From contig CANQIN010000003.1 in NCBI GenBank assembly GCA_947623995.1, positions 1 through 47,591 on the forward strand: a stretch of DNA of 47,591 nucleotides. The letters are read 5' to 3'. Source of the stretch: an uncultured Bacilli bacterium. GTDB lineage: Bacteria > Bacillota_I > Bacilli_A > RF39 > UBA660. A program made the position numbers and the translations under genes. Shown here in pieces: positions 18,289 to 26,919 of this stretch. Within the stretch, counting starts at the first letter, position 1. Each line of letters begins with the position of its first letter. A model generated the notes under the pieces. The model did not search any database. It was not told the origin of the DNA and saw only the letters and a list, made by a program, of their open reading frames with translations.

Positions 18289-19152
18289 TCATTTTAAATA
18301 TTCTAATAAAAGATTTTCATTTCTATTTTGATAAATAATAGAATAGAGTAGAGTAATTATTTTTAATTCATATTTTTTATTTTTTAAATAATTATAAAGT
18401 ATTTCTAACATTATATAACCTTCAACTGTATTGTTTTTTAAAAAATCTGAAGCTTTATTACGATTATTTGCAATATATGTGCCATATGTAAAGTTGCGAG
18501 AATTTACACTTGTACCAGTCATAAAATAATCACCAATTGTTCCATAAAGAATTTTAGGATTTTTTAATTCTTGGAAAGCTTTAGTTAAATATGTTGCTAC
18601 TGATGAATATGATTTTGTTATTTCATAAATTATACCTGAACCAATAGCAATAATATTTTTAAAAATACTATAAAATTCTAAATGAGATTCATATTCTTTA
18701 TCAATAATTACATAATTAGGCATTAATTTTTTTAGTAAATTATTATCATTATTTGTTAAAGTAAATCCTGTAGGATTATTATTTTTTAAATCACTAGCTA
18801 AATTAGGTCCTGCAAAAAAGTAAATTTCTTCTTGCTTTAATTTTCTTTTTGTGTATGATAAAAGAAATTCATCTTCAAGCATTCCTTTTGTTCCAATATA
18901 TACAGGAATATTTTTAATAATTTCTAATTTATCAATAATATTTTTAAAAAATGGTGAAGAGACTAATATAAAAATCACCTCAGCATTTTTTATACTATCA
19001 TTTAGATTAGTCATATAATTTATTTTAATTTGTTCTTCTAATTTAACAATCTCTTTTTCATCATGAACCCACATTGTTACCCTGTTTTTTTCTTTTAATA
19101 AATTAGTCATGCCAAGAGCAAAAGCTCCACACCCAATTATTGTTACATTCAT
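18289..19152 (-). CDS. gpsA: NAD(P)H-dependent glycerol-3-phosphate dehydrogenase (short, divergent)
   Basis: IIGCGAFA Rossmann motif, TKG, GPNLA, KNIIAI and GD...T..S.NSRN. Confidence 0.85.
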   Translation of the reverse strand: MNVTIIGCGAFALGMTNLLKEKNRVTMWVHDEKEIVKLEEQIKINYMTNLNDSIKNAEVIFILVSSPFFKNIIDKLEIIKNIPVYIGTKGMLEDEFLLSYTKRKLKQEEIYFFAGPNLASDLKNNNPTGFTLTNNDNNLLKKLMPNYVIIDKEYESHLEFYSIFKNIIAIGSGIIYEITKSYSSVATYLTKAFQELKNPKILYGTIGDYFMTGTSVNSRNFTYGTYIANNRNKASDFLKNNTVEGYIMLEILYNYLKNKKYELKIITLLYSIIYQNRNENLLLEYLK

Positions 19153-20351
19153 TATTTACCACCTTTCATTTCTTCATGAATTTTGTTTAAATTTGTTTCA
19201 TATTTATTATTTTTAGGATGATAATATTTTTTACCTAATAATTCTTTAGGTAAATAATCTTGTTTAACATAACTATTTGGATAATTATGAGGATAAAGAT
19301 AAGTTGTTGAGCTAGTTTTAATATGACTTGGAACATTTCCCGTTGTGCCTTTTCTAATGTCATTTAACGCTTCATCACCGGCCATATGAGCTGAATTTGA
19401 TTTAGGCGATAAAGCCATTTCCGTTATTACAGTTTGTAAAGGAATTCTTGCTTCGGGAAGCCCCACTAATTCAGCAGCATGAATAGCCGCCATAACTTTC
19501 GGACCAATAGAAGGATTAGCAAGACCAATATCTTCGTAAGCAATAACACTCATTCTCCGATAGATACTATCTAAATCTCCAGCTTCAATTAATCTACTTA
19601 AATAGTGAAGGGCAGCATCAACATCACTACCTCTAATTGATTTTTGAAAAGCCGATAAAACGTCGTAATGACCATCTTCGTTTTTATCGTGAAAAAAGAT
19701 TGGTTTAGTTCCCATTTCTTTTAATAATTCTAAAGTTACTTCATGATTATTAGAACTATAATAAGCAATTTCTAATTCTGATATAGCATTTCTTAAATCT
19801 CCAGAACTAGCTCTAGCAATAACCATTAAAGCATCATCATCCACTTTAATATCATTTAAATAAGAACAAGCTTTTTTAAGCCCTAAAATAATATCATCAA
19901 TACTTAATTCATGAAGTTCAAATATTTTAACGCGTGACCTAATTGCTGGATTAATTTTATGATAAGGATTAGAAGTAGTAAGGCCAATTAAAGTTATTAA
20001 CCCTGATTCAATATGAGGAAGTAATAAATCTTGTTTATCTTTATTCATTCTATGAATTTCATCAATTATTAAAATCATACTACCATGCATTTTAGCTTCA
20101 GCAATCGCAATATCAAAATCTTGTTTATTATTAATTGTCGCATTTAAAAACTTATGAGGTAAATTTAATTCCATTACAATCGCATTAGCAATTGATGTTT
20201 TACCTATACCAGGCTTACCATATAAAATCATTGAACATAAATGTTTATTTTTAACTAAATTAGAAATAATTTTATTTTCCCCAATTAAATGTTGTTGTCC
20301 AATTACATCACCTAATTTAACAGGTCTCATTCTATTTGCTAAATTTTCCAT
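19152..20351 (-). CDS. rarA: Replication-associated recombination protein A (MgsA)
   Basis: LANRMRP, GKPGIGKT, DEIHR and SAFQKSIRGSD motifs. Confidence 0.98.
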   Translation of the reverse strand: MENLANRMRPVKLGDVIGQQHLIGENKIISNLVKNKHLCSMILYGKPGIGKTSIANAIVMELNLPHKFLNATINNKQDFDIAIAEAKMHGSMILIIDEIHRMNKDKQDLLLPHIESGLITLIGLTTSNPYHKINPAIRSRVKIFELHELSIDDIILGLKKACSYLNDIKVDDDALMVIARASSGDLRNAISELEIAYYSSNNHEVTLELLKEMGTKPIFFHDKNEDGHYDVLSAFQKSIRGSDVDAALHYLSRLIEAGDLDSIYRRMSVIAYEDIGLANPSIGPKVMAAIHAAELVGLPEARIPLQTVITEMALSPKSNSAHMAGDEALNDIRKGTTGNVPSHIKTSSTTYLYPHNYPNSYVKQDYLPKELLGKKYYHPKNNKYETNLNKIHEEMKGGK

Positions 20352-20392
20352 ATCATCACCGTCTTACCAATTTATTATATCAAAACATTCGT

Positions 20393-20421
20393 TTGACAAT
20401 CAAGTTTTAAATCGTTATACT
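20393..20421 (+). promoter_or_regulatory. sigmaA promoter of xerD
   Basis: TTGACA-N17-TATACT. Confidence 0.8.
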
Positions 20422-20439
20422 TAAATTGGAGTAAACATT

Positions 20440-21324
20440 ATGAAAAATAAATATTTAAATTTATATCTAAATTATTTAAAATATGAAAAAAAACTTAGTA
20501 ATAATACTATAATATCTTATGAAACCGAATTAAAAGAATTTGAAGATTTTTTTCCAAATCATAATTTATTACAATTATCTACTAATGATCTTTTTAAATT
20601 TATTAAATATCTAGATAACGAAAAAAAAGTAACAGCTAGAACTAAATCTCATTATATAACGGTTATAAATAATTTTTATGTTTTTTGTCTAAAAGAAGAT
20701 TATCTTAAAAAAAATCCCTGTGAAAGCATTTGGCAACCTAAAATAACTAAAGCTTTACCTCAAGTCCTAACTTACGAAGAAGTAGATAAATTATTAGATA
20801 TTAATATAACTAATGCTTATACAGCTAGAACTAAAGCTATGTTAGAATTAATATACGCAACAGGGATAAGAGTAACCGAATTAATTACTTTAAAATTTAA
20901 TCATGTCGACTTATTTAACGATATTATAAAAGTTGAAGGGAAGGGGAGTAAAGAAAGAATAGTTCCAATTAATCAATCTGCTAAAAAATATTTAGAAATT
21001 TATTTAAATGAATATCGTTCAAGTTTAATAAAAAAGGGAAAAAATTGTGATTATTTATTTTTAAACAATCGTGGTTTAGGAATTACTAGACAAGGTTTTT
21101 ATAAATTGATTAAAAAACAAGCTAGTGAAGTAGGAATAACTAAAGATATTAGTCCTCATACTTTAAGACATTCTTTTGCCACCCATTTACTTTTTAATGG
21201 AGCCGATTTAAGGGTAATTCAAGAACTTTTAGGTCACAGTGATATTACTACAACCCAAATGTATACTCACTTAACTAATGAACAATTAAAAAATGAATAT
21301 TCTAAAACCCATCCTCGTTATTAA
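20440..21324 (+). CDS. xerD: Tyrosine recombinase XerD (RipX)
   Basis: ELIYATGIRVTE, GKGSKER, TRQGF, HTLRHSFATHL and LLGHSDITTTQMYTH. Confidence 0.93.
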   Translation: MKNKYLNLYLNYLKYEKKLSNNTIISYETELKEFEDFFPNHNLLQLSTNDLFKFIKYLDNEKKVTARTKSHYITVINNFYVFCLKEDYLKKNPCESIWQPKITKALPQVLTYEEVDKLLDINITNAYTARTKAMLELIYATGIRVTELITLKFNHVDLFNDIIKVEGKGSKERIVPINQSAKKYLEIYLNEYRSSLIKKGKNCDYLFLNNRGLGITRQGFYKLIKKQASEVGITKDISPHTLRHSFATHLLFNGADLRVIQELLGHSDITTTQMYTHLTNEQLKNEYSKTHPRY

Positions 21325-21330
21325 AAAAAA

Positions 21331-21362
21331 ATAAGAAGAAACAACTAATCGTTTCTTCTTAT
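21331..21362. terminator. Bidirectional terminator between xerD and the small ORF
   Basis: ataagaagaaac / gtttcttcttat inverted repeat with A/T-rich flanks. Confidence 0.8.
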
Positions 21363-21367
21363 ATTAA

Positions 21368-21499
21368 CTAACAATCTCTTCTATTATTTCTTTCGTTGTT
21401 GTTTTTTTCTTCTCTTTTGTTTGAATTAGAACGTTGTTCTTGATTTCTTCTAGAATTATTGTTAGAACGATTTTGTTTTTCGTTATTGTTCTTTTTCAT
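21368..21499 (-). CDS. Unannotated 43-aa Asn/Arg-rich protein, candidate small spore protein
   Basis: Sequence MKKNNNEKQNRSNNNSRRNQEQRSNSNKREEKNNNERNNRRDC. Strong RBS GGGAGGT, sigmaG-like promoter upstream, terminator downstream. Confidence 0.75.
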   Translation of the reverse strand: MKKNNNEKQNRSNNNSRRNQEQRSNSNKREEKNNNERNNRRDC

Positions 21500-21519
21500 T
21501 ATAATTTACCTCCCACTTA

Positions 21520-21548
21520 TATTATGGATTACTTTAAATAAAGCATAC
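21520..21548 (-). promoter_or_regulatory. sigmaG-like promoter
   Basis: GTATG-N17-CATAATA versus consensus GHATR-N17/18-CATWHTA. Confidence 0.65.
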
Positions 21549-21610
21549 TTTAAATTAGTTGCCAATGTTTGGTAGATTTGTTAAAATTAATTAAAGAAAG
21601 GTGAATATTT

Positions 21611-22534
21611 ATGAATACCAAATATTTTTTATTATATGAAAATAATGGTTATTTAAAATTTATTGATAATAAATTAATAATATATAAAGATATATCTGAA
21701 ATAGATTTAAAAACTTTTCAATATTGTAAAAATGATTTTTTAACAGAATATAATTTAAAAGACCAAAACATTATTATTGCTAAAATAACATTTAATAAAG
21801 AAAATAATTACTATAATGTTACGTTATATAATCCTTTATTTAAATTAAATAAAAACATAAGTGATAATAGATTTAATCAAATTCAAAAAGTAATGTTAGA
21901 TCGATTATCTAAAGTTATTAATAAAAAGAAAGTAAAGTTATTAGATTCAACTTCATCATATAAATCATTATTAAAAAGTATATTTGATGAAATTATTACT
22001 GATAATGAAATGAAATATTATTTAACATTAGATAATAGTAATATTGATAAAAAAGTTAAAGAAAAAATATTAGAAATGGATAAAAATTATAATTGGTCTT
22101 TTTCAAAAGCTGATGATATTTTAAAATCATATATGGAATTTAGAAATTTATTATTAGAATTTTTTAATTATTATTGTAAAAATTTAAAACAAGATTTATA
22201 TGTGCCTGAAAATTATTTATTTCCCAGTGAAATTTTTGACTATCAAACATCTTTTTATATAAATTCTTATGAAGCTTCAAATGATATTGATAAAAAATTA
22301 GATCAAGAACATATAGATCAAGAATTTAATAAATTTCAAAAAATATTACAAATTAGAAATTCTCCATTTGATGATGAAGAAATAGGTAGAATGTATAAAA
22401 TTAATGGTGTAAACGGAGTAATGAAAAATTTTGATGGAAATCGAATTTATTCTTTAACTAAAGAAGATTTATTAAGACTAGGTTTAATAACCGAAGAAGA
22501 ATATTTAAAAAGGGAAGGGGAATTAAAACCATAA
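21611..22534 (+). CDS. Hypothetical protein
   Basis: 307-aa ORF with RBS AAGGTGA. No recognised family. Confidence 0.75.
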   Translation: MNTKYFLLYENNGYLKFIDNKLIIYKDISEIDLKTFQYCKNDFLTEYNLKDQNIIIAKITFNKENNYYNVTLYNPLFKLNKNISDNRFNQIQKVMLDRLSKVINKKKVKLLDSTSSYKSLLKSIFDEIITDNEMKYYLTLDNSNIDKKVKEKILEMDKNYNWSFSKADDILKSYMEFRNLLLEFFNYYCKNLKQDLYVPENYLFPSEIFDYQTSFYINSYEASNDIDKKLDQEHIDQEFNKFQKILQIRNSPFDDEEIGRMYKINGVNGVMKNFDGNRIYSLTKEDLLRLGLITEEEYLKREGELKP

Positions 22535-22564
22535 TTTAATCATATAGTTTAATGGTGAAGAACT

Positions 22565-23311
22565 ATGCAAATTATTATTCCTTTAGTAATTTCTTCAATT
22601 GCTGGATTATCTACAGTACTAGGATCTTTAGTAATATTTCATAAATGGCAAAGAGAACATATTAATAAATTCATTGTCTTTGCTTTATCTTTTTCATTAA
22701 CGATTATGATTGGAATATCCGTATTAGAATTAGTACCTGAAGCAACTTATTCCATACTTACTGAATATAAATTAGTATGGGGAGTATTTTTTTCTCTAAT
22801 TGCTTTTACATTAGGAATAATAATAATTTACTATATAAATAAAAAAATAACTGCCAAACAAGATGATTTGTATAGGGTAGGGATACTATCAATGATTGCT
22901 TTAATGCTTCATAATTTACCAGAAGGAATTGTAACCTTTTTAAGTTCTTATCAAAATATTGCCTTAGGATTAAAACTTAGCTTAGCTATAATGTTTCATA
23001 ACATACCAGAAGGTATAAGTATTGCAGTACCAATTTATTATTCAACAGGGAGCAAAAAAAAGGCCATAAAAATGACTTTTATATCAGGACTTGCAGAACC
23101 ATTAGGAGCCTTTTTAGCCTTTATCTTTTTAAGTAAATATATTACTGATTCAATGATTGGTTTTATATTATTATTTGTAGCAGGATTAATGATAACATTA
23201 TCAATTCATGATTTGTTTCCAAAAGCCAAAAAATATCATGAAGATGAATGGATATATATTGGAATAGGTATTGGAATTATCTTTTTATTATTTAATCAAT
23301 TTGTTTTATAA
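22565..23311 (+). CDS. zupT: ZIP-family metal transporter (ZupT/GufA-like)
   Basis: HNLPEG and HNIPEG motifs, SGLAEPLGA, multiple TM helices. Confidence 0.93.
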   Translation: MQIIIPLVISSIAGLSTVLGSLVIFHKWQREHINKFIVFALSFSLTIMIGISVLELVPEATYSILTEYKLVWGVFFSLIAFTLGIIIIYYINKKITAKQDDLYRVGILSMIALMLHNLPEGIVTFLSSYQNIALGLKLSLAIMFHNIPEGISIAVPIYYSTGSKKKAIKMTFISGLAEPLGAFLAFIFLSKYITDSMIGFILLFVAGLMITLSIHDLFPKAKKYHEDEWIYIGIGIGIIFLLFNQFVL

Positions 23312-23343
23312 AACAGAGTATCAATTATTAAATAAAATTATCT

Positions 23344-23371
23344 AGTTAACATAAGATATATTATGCAATTT
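23344..23371 (-). other. dif (XerCD chromosome dimer resolution) site
   Basis: Minus strand reads AAATTGCATAA-TATATC-TTATGTTAACT, the 11-6-11 layout. The right arm is one mismatch from B. subtilis TTATGTAAACT and E. coli TTATGTTAAAT. Intergenic, at the gene-orientation switch. Confidence 0.85.
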
Positions 23372-23510
23372 AGATGATAACTTAAAAAATTAAATTTAAA
23401 AACTTCTGCAAACATTAATTATCCAAATAACAATAAGTAATCCATTACACATTGCTGTTAATTAAATTATCTAATTTATCAGATTTTATTTTACATCAAT
23501 TTTATCTTCC

Positions 23511-23740
23511 ATTAAATACACATAATTTGCATCGAAACTTTGTAAAATAATTAAATATTTTACTTGATAACAATTTTTATTTATTTCGAATTTTGCATCG
23601 AAATATTTTTTTATGAATAAATTATTCATCTAAATACAATTTTATATTTTGCATTGAAAATATTAAACATGAATAATTATAATTAATAACTTAAATACAA
23701 TTTTTAACTAAATCAAAATATATAATGAAAATTAATAATT
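23511..23740. repeat. Degenerate ~60-bp AT-rich repeats
   Basis: TTTGCATYGAAA at 23526, 23592 and 23648. TAAATACA at 23513, 23631 and 23692. Palindrome ATGAATAA-A-TTATTCAT at 23613-23629. Confidence 0.55.
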
Positions 23741-23851
23741 GTAATTAATATTATATATATAAACATAAACAAATTATTTATTTTTTTAATATATATATTT
23801 AGTAGTTAAGATTTATTACATATTTAAGTAAAATTAAAAAATTAAATATTT

Positions 23852-23877
23852 AAAAAAAGTAGGGGACCCCCTACTCT
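23852..23877 (-). terminator. Terminator of the HTH gene
   Basis: Minus strand AGTAGGG-GGTC-CCCTACT followed by a T-run. Confidence 0.8.
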
Positions 23878-23919
23878 TCTCTATTAATATTTTAAAATGT
23901 AAAGTAATTGTAAAGCATA

Positions 23920-24696
23920 TTAAACTTTACGAGATTCAATCTCAGCCATTTTTTCCATTACTTCAGTAGCATTTTCGGTAGTAATTTTACTATATCCTAA
24001 TTCTTTTAAAGCTTGAACTTTTAAAGTATTTAACTGTTGAGTACGACCAAGTTTTTCTTCATTTTTCTTATCAATTTCTTGTTCCCAACGATGGTGCGAT
24101 TCAGTTAATTTACTCCTTGAAGCTCCTCCATTATTATACAAATTTAAAGCTGTATATAGTATTCCTTCAAAAATAAATTGTCGGTCTTCATTAAATTTAT
24201 ATTCATCAACTTTAGTAAAACCAGTAGTCTTAGACATATAACCAAAAATATATTTTATTTCAGGAACATTATCCATAGATTGTAACATATGATATAAATA
24301 AGTAAAAACATAAAAATTTTCTTTAGATTTTTTTTCGTCTAAAAATTTTTCTTTAATTATATTAACAATATTAGTTAGTAAAGTTTGCGATTCTTTATCA
24401 AGGCTTTTTATTTCTAAATAATTACCTTTATTATTTTCTCCTCTTCCAGGTTGATTTAATCGATCTTCAACGCTCATCATATAATCAGTAGTAACTTCTA
24501 TTTTACTAATAGATTTTTCATCACCATCTTTAACATCTAAAAGTTTTAATAGCAAAATTTTTTTTTCTTTTGGCCATTTAGTAACATCATCAATTTCCAA
24601 ATAATTATATACCATTTGCCTAGAAACCCCTAAATATTTAGCAAGTCTAACCTTAGATATTCCTAATTCTTGCATTAAATCTTTTAATTTTTTCAT
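23920..24696 (-). CDS. XRE-type HTH protein with an uncharacterised helical C-terminal region
   Basis: LGISKVRLAKYLGVSRQMVYNYL HTH motif. Confidence 0.85.
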   Translation of the reverse strand: MKKLKDLMQELGISKVRLAKYLGVSRQMVYNYLEIDDVTKWPKEKKILLLKLLDVKDGDEKSISKIEVTTDYMMSVEDRLNQPGRGENNKGNYLEIKSLDKESQTLLTNIVNIIKEKFLDEKKSKENFYVFTYLYHMLQSMDNVPEIKYIFGYMSKTTGFTKVDEYKFNEDRQFIFEGILYTALNLYNNGGASRSKLTESHHRWEQEIDKKNEEKLGRTQQLNTLKVQALKELGYSKITTENATEVMEKMAEIESRKV

Positions 24697-24730
24697 TTTG
24701 TTAACCTACTCTCTTAATATTTACAAGTAC

Positions 24731-24760
24731 ATTATAAAATACTTAACACTTTTATGTCAA
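24731..24760 (-). promoter_or_regulatory. sigmaA promoter of the HTH gene
   Basis: TTGACA-N18-TATAAT. Confidence 0.75.
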
Positions 24761-24780
24761 GTAAAAAAGCTTATTTTCCC

Positions 24781-25785
24781 TTAAAATAAGCCTTTAAAAC
24801 TATTTTCAAAATTTTTAATAACATTTTGTTGTTCGTGAACATAGTAACTTTTCAATAAATTAGAATGAAATTTAACTGGATGTATTTGTTTTAATTCTTT
24901 TAATGTTTTCTTTTTAATATTTATACCTATATTAATTAAATTTTTAAAACTATTATTAATTGTAAACGATTCATTATCTAAATACTTTTCAGTTATTAAA
25001 GTAGCATAAAAAGTTTTAATTTCTTTTAATTTATTAGGATATTTAGTTAGATAAAACTCATAATCACATACTAATTCATCAATTGTTTTAAGTTTTTTAT
25101 TCTCAATATTATATATTTTATTAATAATTATTGGATAAGGCATATTTTCTTCATATGAAAAATTATTAAACATTTCATTTAAAGTAGCAGTTTTAGATAA
25201 ACGTTTACCTTCATAAAAATAGTGATTATAAAAGTATTTGGAAGTAATATATTTAACTATTTCATTTTTATTAAAATCTTTATCATAAGCATCTGGATAA
25301 TACTTTTTCATAAAAGAAGATGATGCTTTATAACCATAAATATATGCTTTAATTTCTTCATCAATCTTATTGTAATTTATATTCCAAAACATTCCGTCTT
25401 CATTATCTACATAATCAATTGCTGAAAATAATGATGTTAAATTAAAACAAGATTCTTTATTAGCAAGTTCAATTATTAAAACATGATATAATTCGTGATA
25501 TAGACAATTAACAAATTCTGAAAAACGTTTTTGATAATTAGCATTTTCTTTAAATAATTGCTTAATATTAAAAGTAAGTTGATGAAAATAGATTGGTTTT
25601 AAATTCATATCATAAGAACATATGCTAAGCGTATTACCAATATCTTCTATAATATTACTACTAAATTCAATTACTAATTCCAAGTGATATTTTTTAGCCA
25701 TTATTTTATAAAATTCATGCGCAAATTCTTGATAATCTTTTTTATTGGCATTTAAATAGTCAAAACAAGTTATTTTAGATACCAT
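24781..25785 (-). CDS. Hypothetical protein with a zincin-like HExxH motif
   Basis: LYHELYH followed about 35 aa later by EEIKAY. Overlaps the mnmA 3' end. Confidence 0.65.
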   Translation of the reverse strand: MVSKITCFDYLNANKKDYQEFAHEFYKIMAKKYHLELVIEFSSNIIEDIGNTLSICSYDMNLKPIYFHQLTFNIKQLFKENANYQKRFSEFVNCLYHELYHVLIIELANKESCFNLTSLFSAIDYVDNEDGMFWNINYNKIDEEIKAYIYGYKASSSFMKKYYPDAYDKDFNKNEIVKYITSKYFYNHYFYEGKRLSKTATLNEMFNNFSYEENMPYPIIINKIYNIENKKLKTIDELVCDYEFYLTKYPNKLKEIKTFYATLITEKYLDNESFTINNSFKNLINIGINIKKKTLKELKQIHPVKFHSNLLKSYYVHEQQNVIKNFENSFKGLF

Positions 25786-26882
25786 AATTCCTCATCATCT
25801 TTCATTACTTTTTTAATTATGCCACTGCCCAGGCATTCATCACCTTGATAAAAGACGCAAAACTGACCAGGCGTAACAGCTTTAAAGCCATCGGGATAAT
25901 TAACTTTTATTTCATTATTTTCTAAATATTCTAAGGTAACTGGAACATCCTCACTACGATATCTAAATTTAGCTGTACAAGATGTTGGACGATCATCACT
26001 AATAAAGTTTACTTCTTCTAAATAGCATAAATTACTTACTAAGAATTTACTATCTTCACCAAAAGCAACATATAAAATATTTCTACTAACATTTTTACCA
26101 CAGACATAATGACGTTCTTCATACCCAGAAATACCAATATTTCTTCTTTGCCCAATAGTATAATTCATTAAACCATTATGTTTACCAATTACTTCATTAG
26201 TTTCCACATTAATTATATCTCCAGGATTAGGTTTTAAATAATTTTGAATAAATTTTTGAAAATTTCTTTCACCTATAAAACATATTCCTGTTGAATCTTT
26301 TTTCCTTGCCACATTAAGACCAATATCAATTGCTATTTGTCTTACTTCTGGTTTTGTTAATTCTCCTATTGGAAATAAGACATCCACTAATTGTTCTTTT
26401 TTTACTTGGGCTAAAAAATAGGTTTGGTCTTTATTTAAATCAATTGCTCTAAATAGTTTACCATCTTTTATTCGAGCATAATGACCTGTTGCCATGTATT
26501 TAGCACCCAAACGTTCTGCTTCTTTTTTAAAGACATCAAATTTAATATATTTGTTGCATAAAAGATCAGGATTAGGAGTTCTTCCAAGTTTTAATTCTTT
26601 TAAAAAATAAGAAAAAACATTATCCCAATATTCTTTAACAAAATCAATTCGATGTAATTTAATACCTAATATTTCACAAGTTTTTAAAGCATCATTATAA
26701 TCAACTTCTTGAGGACATATTTCATTATCTAAATTAGGATTACCTAAAGTATCATTATTTAGCATTGAGTCCCAGTTGCGCATGAATAAACCTTCTACTT
26801 CATAGCCTTTTTTTTGAAGTAAATAGGCAGCTACAGCAGAGTCTACTCCCCCACTCATTCCAATAATAACCTTTTCTTTCAC
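25770..26882 (-). CDS. mnmA: tRNA 2-thiouridylase MnmA
   Basis: MSGGVDS, TPNPD..CN, ATGHYA, KDQTYFL and DSTGICFIG. Start probably GTG 26882. Confidence 0.98.
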   Translation of the reverse strand: MKEKVIIGMSGGVDSAVAAYLLQKKGYEVEGLFMRNWDSMLNNDTLGNPNLDNEICPQEVDYNDALKTCEILGIKLHRIDFVKEYWDNVFSYFLKELKLGRTPNPDLLCNKYIKFDVFKKEAERLGAKYMATGHYARIKDGKLFRAIDLNKDQTYFLAQVKKEQLVDVLFPIGELTKPEVRQIAIDIGLNVARKKDSTGICFIGERNFQKFIQNYLKPNPGDIINVETNEVIGKHNGLMNYTIGQRRNIGISGYEERHYVCGKNVSRNILYVAFGEDSKFLVSNLCYLEEVNFISDDRPTSCTAKFRYRSEDVPVTLEYLENNEIKVNYPDGFKAVTPGQFCVFYQGDECLGSGIIKKVMKDDEELWYLK

Positions 26883-26919
26883 ACCAATCACTTCCAAATC
26901 ACATGTATTATAACAGAAA

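Noticed and set aside
20440-21324. Tyrosine recombinase as a prophage or island integrase
   Set aside because: XerD-type length and motifs, no arm-binding domain, no att repeats or phage genes, and dif is nearby.
22520-22548. sigmaE/sigmaK-like promoter before the ZIP transporter (CATATAGT)
   Set aside because: The -10 fits, but there is no convincing -35 at the right spacing.
23312-23919. AT-rich gap as a replication origin or CRISPR array
   Set aside because: I saw no DnaA-box cluster, genes converge rather than diverge here, and the repeats are too short and degenerate for CRISPR.
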